This document shows positions 25,201-35,899 of a DNA stretch of 64,000 nt, piece by piece (position 1 is the stretch's first letter; each line of letters opens with the position of its first letter). A program made the position numbers and the translations under genes. The notes beneath the pieces are model-generated. The model was not told the DNA's origin and made no database searches. It worked only from the letters and a program-made list of their open reading frames with translations. Source of the stretch: Geosiphon pyriformis uo1 (Eukaryota; Fungi; Glomeromycota); contig JAAOMT010000786.1 of NCBI GenBank assembly GCA_016748015.1, positions 1-64,000 on the forward strand, in the 5' to 3' direction.

Positions 25201-27492
25201 TGACCAAAGAACAGGACTACCAGCCGTACCAACGTGGACCAGCGAAGAAAGATCCGAATGGAACCAGATAAGTTCACGAAGAAACCACCAGTGACGCAGA
25301 CCAAAGCTAGAATGCTCGGTTTGCAAGAAAAAACTCTCGTCTATGACTGCATGCAGCGCACTGGACGAAGACCCAAGAAACCCCACCCACTACTATTGTA
25401 ACCATTGTAACAAAGAAAAATATGGTTACCCAGAAAGACACGGAAAATGGGACGAGGAACCGTGCCTCGCTTGTGGAGAACCGTTACCAAGAGGGTGCGA
25501 CTGGAACGACTTACCAGGCAGAGGAGGAACATGTGACACAACTTGCCAATACACGATTCTCATCTGTGACTGGGTAAGAGGAGGAACGCCGTTCGAAGCA
25601 GCATTCAACAGAGTGTTAAAAAGACTACAGCACTACTCACACGACGAGGACGAGTTGTACAACACCGCACAAGCCAAAGTAAGAGGAGGAACCGCCGAAG
25701 AAATACGACGTTGGAAAGAGATGTGTATAAGAGACAGACTTCACTCATTAAAAGAATAAAAAAAAAAAAAAAGACAATTAAAGAAAAAGACCTAATATTT
25801 GAGCCCTACCCAGAAACTTGCCAACAGTTTCTCATAGGACTTACTAACCTTTTTATTCCAGCTGATAAAGCTCAATGGATAAAAATTCCTATCGCAAACA
25901 CCACAGAAGAACCCATCTACATTCCGGAAGATACCATCATTGGATACCTCGGAACAGAGCTAGAAAACGCGTCAACACCACAAGAAATTCTAAATTTCCC
26001 AGAAATCGCCCTCTACTGTGAACTCACTTCAATAAATTGGCAACAACTGGTAGAATGCTATCAATTTACGCCAGAAAAATTGGCCAAATTAAACATTAGA
26101 ACAATGGATCCCGACCAACAGCGACAATTAAAAGCATTAATTTTAAAATACTCTGATATATTTTCAAAAAATAGCGAATTTGGAAGAACCAACTTGGTTC
26201 AACACCAAATCCCCACTGGAGACGCCAGACTTGAAAAACAACGCACTTACCGTGTCCCACCAATGGAGCATAATTTTATCAGAAAAGAAGTCCAAAGCAT
26301 GTTGGAAAAAGGAATAATACAACCATCAATGAGCTCATGGTCCTCACCAGTTGTTTTAGTAAGGAAAAAGAACGGAAAAATTAGATTTTGTGTCAATTAT
26401 CGCAAACTAAACAGCAAAACAACCAAAGACTCATACCCAATACCGTTAATTGACGAAATCTTCGACGTTTTTGGAGGAGCAAAATGGTTTTCTACACTGG
26501 ACTTAACCAGTGGGTACTAACAAGTGGAAATGGATCCAAAGGACAGGCATAAAACAGCATTTACAACACAAAATGGCAATTATGAGTTCAATGTAATGCC
26601 ATTTGGATTAACAAACGCTCCCATGACATTCCAAAGACTAATGGACGTAATTTACTCCAGAATCCTGTGGCAATCCGTTGTTGTCTACTTGGATGATACA
26701 AATGTTTTCTCGTCAAAATTCACGGATCATCTCCAACATTTACAACAAGTTTTTGAGAGATTGAGACACGCTGGACTTAAACTAAATCTAGAAAAATGTT
26801 TCTTTGGGAAAAATGAGCTAGCATTTTTAGGACACGTAGTTGGAAAAGATGGAATAAAACCAGATTCATCAAAAATAGACAAAGTGAAAAATTTTCCAGT
26901 ACCTTGAAATGTCTCAGAAGTTAAAAGCTTTTTAGGACTCGCATCTTACTATTGCCACTTTGTAGAAAACTTTTCAAACATTGCCAAACCCCTTAATTAT
27001 CTACTATCTAAAAATGTGAAGTTTGAATGGACTGAAGCACAACAAAAAGCTTTCGAGTACCTTAGACAAAAGCTCATTGAATCACTAATAATGATCTATC
27101 CGAATTTCAACAAAAAATTCATTTTGGCCACAGATGCCTCTGGAACTGGACTTGGAGTCATTCTGTCACAAAAAGATGATAATAGAAGAGAACGTGTAAT
27201 CGCTTATGCCAGCAGAAGTCTCAGTACGGCAGAACAAAACTACGCAGCACATAAACTTGAATGCTTAGCAGTAGTCTGGAGTTGTGTTCACTTTGACACA
27301 TATTTACAGTACCAACCCTTTGAGATTACGACAGATCATAGAGGTCTGGTCTGGTTAAATAACAAGAAAGCGCTAAAAGGAAAATACGCCAGATGGTCAC
27401 AAACATTAGCACCATACGATTATATTATCAAATACAAAGAAGGTACCAAAAATGCTAATGCCGACTGTTTGTCAAGAATGAGACACACATAA
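22246..27492 (+). pseudogene. Element C Gag-PR-Cys-rich-(dUTPase-like)-RT-RNaseH polyprotein, few lesions, locally misassembled
   Basis: CHFCKRVGHLISQC, LILDSRS, RFCVNYRKLN, MPFGLTNAP, YLDD, ATDASG, ECLAVVW, TDH, NANADCLSR then stop at 27490-27492. Confidence 0.9.
25719..25737 (+). other. Nextera/Tn5 mosaic-end adapter (assembly artefact)
   Basis: Exact AGATGTGTATAAGAGACAG; the flanks are non-contiguous parts of the element. Confidence 0.97.
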
Positions 27493-27521
27493 AAATCACC
27501 AACCCACCCGCCACAACAACA

Positions 27522-29059
27522 ATGAACAACCACCTTTACAAAAACCTCAGCCAATACTTGGAAACACTACAAATAGACGAAGAAATGCCAGTAAAAGAGC
27601 TAATTAAGCTCCAAAAATTAGCAAAACACTATTTCATCCAAAATCACATACTTTATTACCGGAATCGACAAAATCCAGATAATCCATTAAGAGTTATAAC
27701 CATGGATGAAAAAGAAACTATCTTATTTAACATGCACTCAGATATTCATTCAGGCCACTTTGGAAAAACAGCAACCATCCAACGTGCAACTAGCCATTAC
27801 TATTGGCCAAAAATGAGCTCAGACATAATCCAATACATAAGAAATTGTGACCCATGCCAACAAAGAGGAGGAGCAAAAACAACGGAATTATTAAGACCAA
27901 TAAAAGTTGGACAGCCATTTGACAGAATCGGAATTGATTTAGTTGAACCCTTACCAATAACAACAAGAAACAACCATTATATTGCAGTAGCCATGGACTA
28001 TCTCACCAAATGGCCAGAAGCTAGAGCTATTAAAACAGCTGATGCTATTTCTATAGCTCAATTCGTACATGAAGACTTAATTTGCCGACATGGATGTCCA
28101 CAAGAATTGCTATCAGATCAAGGCACACACTTCGTAAACAGCACCTTAAAAGAACTTAGCCAAAAATTTGGAATCAAGCGACCACTGTTATCACCATACC
28201 ACCCTCAAACAAATGGATTAGTTGAAAGATTTAATCGCACATTAAGATGTGTATAAGAGACAGCTATAGTAACTTAGAATTTAATAAAGAAATTAACTTT
28301 GATTTCGATGGAGCTCAATCTTATAAGGAGGGGATAATGTTATGGTTTAAGAATTTAGCAAAAAGAATCATAAAAATAATACAAACTATTCAATCATAAT
28401 ATAGCACAGTAATAATTTTAGAAAGGTAATGATTAACATAGTAGCAAACACCATCTCGCGATAGTGGCAAGCACCAGTTCACAATAGCAGCCAACACCAA
28501 CTGGTGATAGCAGNNNNNNNNNNNNNNNNNNNNAGATACTACACAATTCACACCGTTCGAACTAGTTTATGGAAGAAAAGCCACATTACCCATTGAACTT
28601 ACTATTCCAACTTATCCGAGTGACACTATCATGGAAGCAACATTCCAGGAAACACTACTTAGAAGAACATACGAATTAATGGGAACTTTAGAAAACAAAA
28701 GAAGAAAAGCAGCACAAAATATTGAACAATCACAAGAACAACAAAAAGTGAGACATGATAACCAGTTACCAGATAATATAATTAGCTACAAAATTGGAGA
28801 TAAAGTATTGTTGCATCGTACAAAAATGGAAAAACAGTGGAGTGAAAAATTTGATCACAAGTGGGATGGACCATTTTATATTCACAAAATACTTGGAAAT
28901 AGAGCATACAAGCTAAAACTAGATGATAAAATATTAAGAAAAGCAGCACATGGTAACCGGCTGAANNNNNNNNNNNNNNNNNNNNAGAACATAATTTCGA
29001 ACCATATAATATTGCCAAATATAACACCAAATTTATTAGCAAAGTTATTGAAAAATTAG
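27522..29059 (+). CDS. Element C stand-alone integrase ORF (HHCC + rve core + SH3-like C-terminus), broken by an artefactual insert 28245-28533
   Basis: Own ATG at 27522; HSDIHSGH..YYWP..CDPCQ, IGIDLV, SDQGTHF, YHPQTNGLVERFNRTL, then TPFELVYG and KWDGPF. 3' end uncertain because of the gap. Confidence 0.85.
28245..28263 (+). other. Nextera/Tn5 mosaic-end adapter (assembly artefact)
   Basis: Exact AGATGTGTATAAGAGACAG, followed by a misplaced copy of the ORF3-end/PPT/LTR start (28264-28513). Confidence 0.97.
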
Positions 29060-29085
29060 AGATAGCATAGGGCAATACATTAATA

Positions 29086-29508
29086 ATGGAAGAAATAGAA
29101 ATAAGTGAATTAACACCAGACACATTTAGCAACTTGAAAACGAAATTCCCAATTAATTACTGTTATTATCAACTAGGAAAGCACTTGAACATACAAACAT
29201 TATACTCAAAAGACTCAACTAGAGTGTTTGACAAAACAACTATCCAACTATTAGAACCTTTCATTGGAAAAACCAATACTACATTCCATTCAAAAACAGT
29301 TTACAGAATTTTCAAAGCATTTGAAAACTGTCACAAATTATTGTTGGACCCAACCATGAACATAATAACAACCAACAGTATTGGACGACTTACCAACTTG
29401 CAATTTCAAGAATTACAACAACAAATTAATAACACAGTATTGAACCACTATAGTAACTTAGAATTTAATAAAGAAATTAACTTTGATTTCGATGGAGCTC
29501 AATCTTGA
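29086..29508 (+). CDS. Element C ORF3, 140-aa protein of unknown function between integrase and PPT
   Basis: Intact ATG-stop ORF with homologous frames in A, B and D (NYCYYQLG..LNIQ.LY, F.GK.N, GK.TN.QF.EL, DFDGAQ). Confidence 0.8.
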   Translation: MEEIEISELTPDTFSNLKTKFPINYCYYQLGKHLNIQTLYSKDSTRVFDKTTIQLLEPFIGKTNTTFHSKTVYRIFKAFENCHKLLLDPTMNIITTNSIGRLTNLQFQELQQQINNTVLNHYSNLEFNKEINFDFDGAQS

Positions 29509-29521
29509 AAGGAGGGGATAA

Positions 29522-30378
29522 TGTTATGGTTTAAGAATTTAGCAAAAAGAATCATAAAAATAATACAAACTATTCAATCATAATATAGCACAGTAATAAT
29601 TTTAGAAAGGTAATGATTAACATAGTAGCAAACACCATCTCGCGATAGTGGCAAGCACCAGTTCACAATAGCAGCCAACACCAACTGGTGATAGCAGCAA
29701 GCACCAGATTGAAATATCAAAAAGAAAGTATTTTCTTGTAGAACTACAAACATGTATATATACAGTAGTTTTAATATTGGGAAAGAATCAATCAAGTAAT
29801 AAAAATCATAACTTATCAAGCAATAGATCCAATTTTATCCAACAAACTCCACTTTAAATCATACTTTCAAATTAAATATCCCAAGAAACCTTTAAAAATC
29901 AAAAAGAAATATTTAAAACTGAACTATCACAACCCAAAGTATTAAGAAACTTACTTGTATTATTTATTGAATGAAACTATCATTCATCAACTGAAACCCT
30001 TGGAAGAATAATCCTTGATCAAGATTATTCACGTTGTTACTAATTGATAAAAGCTTTATTGTGAGAATTAGAAAAGCGCTAAAGACCATTAACATTCTGT
30101 GTTTCTAGATTAGAGAAACACATCAGACAATTGCAAAGATAGCCTCAGAGAAGACCCCAGACAGTGGGTAGATTTCAGTTCAGCCTCTGAGAAGGAGTAC
30201 ATAAACACACACAACAATCAAGAATTAAAGAATAACTTACATCACAACAGTAAAAAGAAAGCCTTCAGTGTAACAGTGACATTATCACACAAATAGAATT
30301 GAGGAACTCACGAAAGACTGATTGTAATTAAAGCAGGATATCAGCAATTAAATATAACAAGAAAACCATTCCGTAACA
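29522..30378 (+). repeat. 3' LTR of element C
   Basis: Preceded by the PPT; TGTTA...GTAACA; followed by the TSD CCAC. Confidence 0.93.
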
Positions 30379-33300
30379 CCACATATGGCTATTTTAAAAC
30401 CACCAAATTGACAATACCACTCATTGAGTTCAAGAAAAAAGAGAAGAAATCTATTTGGAAAGCCTATCAAGTGTTATGGATTGAAAAAGACCACAACAAG
30501 TTATCACCAATACTCTTCTGGAACAATAATGGAAAAGAGAAACAAAAGAAAAGACTTACCTAAAACACCAACCAAGACTGGGAAACAAACAATGACTCAA
30601 ATAAACTACCAACCTGGAAATAGAAAGAAACTGACAAAGGAAAAAAAAAAAGAAAGAAGAAGATATAACTAAAGGAACCACCACCACAGAAAAAATAACT
30701 AGTGGCTGGAAAAAAGAATACTCACAGGAACTGATCAAGGAACCCCTATATATACCTCTCAAATGTAAGGACTGTGGGAAGAAACTTTCTTCTATGGGAG
30801 CTTGGGTTGTGCCAGATGAAGATTACTAGATGCAAACCCACTATTATTGTAAGCCTTGTCACTGCAAACACTATGGCTACCCAAAAAAACAAGGCAAGTA
30901 GGACAACAAACCATGTCTTACTTGTGGTGAACAACTATTGGACAAAGAAATGTGAAACAACATTCCTGAATGAGGAGAAACATGTGATACTTTATGCCAA
31001 TACACAATTCTTATCAGCAATTGGGTGAGTTATGGTATGCCAATAACTGCTGCCTGACACCATGCGATATTTCACTTGGATGATTACTCACACAATGAAG
31101 ATGAGATCTGATAGATGGCAAATGCCAAAGTAGCAGATATCATGCCTAGCAAAATATTAGAAATTAAGAACAATCCTCTGGAGCCAGTCAACATTGTTCT
31201 GATTCCCAATCCAGATGCTTTTCTGGACCTGGAAGCAGGCCCAGAAGAATTTCATGAGCACTACCAAAATTTGGCACTAACAAAAGAGGAACAAGAGCAG
31301 TGGTTAGCCCAAATAAACACCCGACTATGTAACTATTGTTTGATCTCATGTGACTTTTAATATTGTAATGAGTGTGACCTCATTTACAATCCACCACCAT
31401 GCATGATCTACATGATTCCAGAAGAGAAACCAATCAGCAGCTGCACATTGGAATTGGAATCAACTTTCAATCCTGATTCAAACTCTGACAATGACAACAA
31501 CAAAAATAACAGTTCCAGCTCTGCTCAATATGACAACAAAGATAACAATGATTTGGACTCCAATTCAAATCCCAAAACATACATCGCACTCCTTGATCTT
31601 ACCAAGAAGCAAGAACTCAAATGGTTCAGCAATAATAATAAAGATATTATGCCAGAACGTGTACATAATACTAATGCAGGGTTTGATCTGAAATATCCAG
31701 GGAAATATCCCATTAAATTAGAACCACATTTACACACTTGCATTGATTTGAAAACAGCACTGGAAATTTCAGCAATGACAATAGTTCAACTAGCATCCAG
31801 GAGTAGTTTAGCAAAAAAGGAGATTAACATTAGAGAAGGAATAATTGATACAAGATACATAAGAAATATTATTGCTATGCTACAAAATGACTCAGAAAAA
31901 GCATATATCATAGATCCAAATGAAAAGATAGTACAAACAATCTTTCTATCTCTGGTGAAAGTAGCTCAGCTAGTGTTAGTGAGAAACAGGAAAGAATTAG
32001 GGATTACAGCTAGAGAGATACAAGGGTTTAGATCAATGGGTAGAATAGATGTACCAGTTAATATGGCAAAGGAAGAAATTGTTGACAAAAGAAAAATTAT
32101 CTCCACCTGTCAATCAATTTCTATTCCACCATATGACCAGTATATGGTAGTTATAGAAAGGAAAGTAAAAGATCAGATACAGATTTTTGAGACAGAAGCA
32201 ACACTGTGTAAATCAGGAGAGATTAAACTTATCAATCTTCACATACCAGCCAAAAACCATAATCACATTAAAATTCTCATCTACAACAACACAGGAAATA
32301 TTGTAAAGATACCAGAAGGAACCATCATTGGTTATTTAACCACCGAAATTAAAAACCAACAGCCAAACATCATTCCAGATTTTTCACAACTATGCAGATA
32401 TGTAGATATTACATCACAAACCATATACAGATGAAAAAAATATTATCTGCTCCAACAGGAACAATTGAAACAGATGAACATGAGGAACTTAGACCCACTA
32501 CAATATATGCAACTTAAGATGTTACTCAACAATTTCAATGACATCTTTGCCAGTGAAAATGAATTCAGCAGAATTAACATAATCTAGCATCAAATTAAGA
32601 CCAAAGATACAATGCCAATTAAACAACAAGCATACAGAGTACTACCAGCCAGCCATGAAATCATTTGTCAAGAAATCAATCAGATGCTTGACAACAAATT
32701 AATTCAATTATCAATGAGTCTATGGTCATTACCAGTAGTATTGGTCTATAAGAAGAATGGAAAAATCCATTTTTGGGTGGACTACCAAAAACTGAATAAA
32801 GTAACTAAAGGTGATAGCTATCCAATACCAAAGATCCAAGAATTATTTGATGTTTTTGGCAAGAAGAAATAGTTCTTAACATTAAATTTAGACAGTGGTT
32901 ACTGACAAGTAGCCATGAAGCCAGAAGATAAGGAGAAAACAGCTTTCACAACACGAGAAGGGAATTTTGAAGTTATGTCATTTGGCTTGATGAATGCACC
33001 AGCAATATTCCAATGGCTTATGAAAATTGTCTACACTAGACTACTGTGAAAATTAGTAGTTGTTTACTTAAATGACATCAATGTGTTCTCAAAAACATTT
33101 GATGATCATCTACATCATCTCCAACAAGTGTTTAAAAGACTAAAAAGAGCCAAATTAAAGCTAAATGCAACCAAATATTTCTTTAAAAAAACTGAACTTA
33201 AATTTTTAGAGCATGTTGTAAGCAAAGATGGAATCAAAATGGATCCAGACAAGATTAAAACTGTCAAAAACTTTCCAGTACCAAATAATCTCACAGAATT

Positions 33301-33862
33301 GAGAGCATTCTTAGGATTTGCTGGATACTACTACCACTTTATTAAAGACTTTTCCAAAATAGCTCAACCACTATACCAGCTCTAAACAAAGAACACCAAA
33401 TATAAATAGACAGAAACCCAATAAGAAGCTTTTGATACATTAAGAAGAAAGCTTATTCAAGCTCCAGTACTGATCTATTCAGATCATAGCAAGCCATTTA
33501 TAATTACAACTGATGCATCTGGTCAAACATTGGGAGCAGTACAGAAAGGATCAGATGGAAGAGAACATCCAGTAGCTTACACCAGTAGAAGTTTAAGTCC
33601 AGTGAAAAAGAACTATAGAACTCCAGTACTAGAATACTTAGCTATCTATTAGGCTGTCATCAAATGAAAAAAATACTTGAGTCAGAAGTTTGATGTATAC
33701 ACTGATCACAAAGGATTGACTTTAATCCAGAAGCAAGAATTTGGAAACAATTGCCATGCCAGATGAAAAATAGAACTTTCATCATTCAATTATACAGTAC
33801 ATTATAAAAAAGAAAAAAACAATAAAAATACCAATGGATTGTTACAAATGAGACAAATCTAA
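30379..33862 (+). pseudogene. Element B pol continuation: Cys-rich domain, dUTPase, dUTPase-like domain, RT, RNase H
   Basis: CKDCGKKLSSMG, THYYCKPC, NAGFDL/ASRSS/GIIDTRY/QGFRSMG, WVDYQKLN, TDASG, TDHKG; stop at 33860-33862. Confidence 0.87.
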
Positions 33863-35899
33863 AAACATTTCAACCCAAAAATATAACAAAAGATGAATAT
33901 ACAAAAATACCAACAACTCCAACATTATATAAATACCCAATTGTTCAAGAAAAAATTATCTTAACAGGAACAAAGAAACATAAAACAACAATCAAAATAT
34001 TTTATCAACCATCAAAATATACTTTACCAGAGGAACAGAAGAAATCCAGATTAACCAACCAGAGTAATCACTAAACTAGAGAAAGAAACAATACTATTTA
34101 ACATGCATTCAGATCCAACAGTAGAACATTTTCATAAAGAAGCAACCATGGAAAGAACCAAAAAAAGATATTATTGGTCATTAATATATCCAGACATTAT
34201 TCAATACGTTTAAAGTTGTAATGCTTGTCAAAGAAGAGGTGGAACAAAACTCAGTGAATTATTAAGACCAATCAAAGTAGAACAACCATTTGACTGTATT
34301 GGAATTGACTTAGTAGGATCATTAACAATCACCAGTAGAGGCAACAAATATATTGCAGTAGCCATGGACTATCTCACTAAATGGCCAGAAGCAAAAGCCA
34401 TTCAAAGAGCAGATGCAGAATCTGTTGCTGAATTCATTCATCAAGATTTGATTTGTCAACACGAATGTTCAAAAGAACTACTATCAAATTAAGAAACCCA
34501 CTTTGTGAACAGAACATTGACAGAATTAAGTCAAAAATTTGGAATTAAAAGACCATTATCATTATCATACCATCCACAAACAAATAGCTTAGTTGAAAAA
34601 TTTAATAGAACACTATGTGAAGCAATAGCCAAAATTAGCCAAAAAAATCAGGACAAATGGAATTTGTTTATACAGTAAACTCTCTCTATAGTCCCTTTGG
34701 TTATAGTCATTATCTTCTTATAATCATATTTTTTTAAAAACCAAAACCATTTATATATAATATTATATCCTTATAGTCACTTTTACTATATATATCTTCT
34801 TATAGTCTCTATTCTCATAAATATGATAGCAGAATATAAGTAATTTTCACTCTCTATAGTCACACTATAATTATATAATATTAGATATGAACATTAGATG
34901 TCATCTCATATTTAATCAGACATATATAGCCAGAGAAATTTCTTGATTTGTCAATGGAAATCATTTTTTTTATGATAGTAAAAAAAATTAGAGAAGTTTC
35001 TGGAAATGATTGTAGAACACTAAACAAAATTTCTCAAATATTACAACATTCAATTACTCTTCTTTATAAGCTGCCACTGCTATCAGAAGACAATAATGGA
35101 ACTATTATATCTGGCTTGTTGTTTGCGGGTATTCTGAGAGTTTTAATAATAGTTGACATATGGTACAGTACTGCTGCTTTTGGTGCTTTGGAGACTAGTG
35201 GTGCTTTAGAGACTAATAGTGCTTTGGAGACTGTTGCTGCAAGTATCAATGAAGTTACTTTGGATCAAATTTTGGCTAATGAGATTACTTTTTCTCCATA
35301 TTGGAAGAAAAAATTAACAGATTTACAAACAAGAATAATGGTCTAATGGGATTCTTCGAGAACAAGTTTGTTAATGGGATATTGCTTGAGCAAATCAACT
35401 GGGAACAGAGTTCAAATTTACCTTTCCTTAGGAAGAGAAATGTAACCAGTAATAAAAATCAGAGCATAAGGATTCTAATATATACCCAATAAATACATTT
35501 TCACACCAACTTTGACATTCACAATTAAAAAAGGGCTCTATACTAGCAATCATATTCATTATTTGACCAATATTTAGTATTAGCGAGCAAAAGTTTGACT
35601 GATAGTTTTAAAGATGTATTAAAAATCAACTTTTTTGGAGCAAATAAATCCATGTTGTATGCTTTTCATAATCCAAACATAATCATGCAGAATAGAGATT
35701 CGGATCTAGACTCAACATATAATGTTTTAAAAATACCAATTATAAATGGTAATGCATCCAACCCAAAGTAAACAAAACTGTACACAATACAATATATTTC
35801 TAACTTCTTGAAAGATATTTATTAGGCTGTCACATGATTAACTTAATAAGCTTCGAAAACATGATTACTTAAAAGAGGTATTAAAGAGTTAATAATAGG

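Larger units (their letters stand above)
21495..30378 (+). mobile_element. Ty3/gypsy LTR retrotransposon C (youngest, distinct family), inserted just after the protease of B
   Basis: Perfect TSD CCAC/CCAC; LTRs 21495-22163 (with N gap) and 29522-30378; PBS TGGTGAACCCTATGAGG; PPT AAGGAGGGGATAA; CpGs retained. Confidence 0.93.

Noticed and set aside
25719-25737. Genuine Tn5/IS50 end or bacterial horizontal transfer
   Set aside because: It is the synthetic mosaic-end sequence used in Nextera libraries and sits at chimeric joins.
28264-28513. Third LTR or nested insertion inside the integrase of C
   Set aside because: Bounded by an adapter and an N gap, has no TSD, and duplicates the sequence from ~29448 onward.
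29086-29508. env gene
   Set aside because: Short, with no visible signal peptide, furin site or transmembrane anchor.
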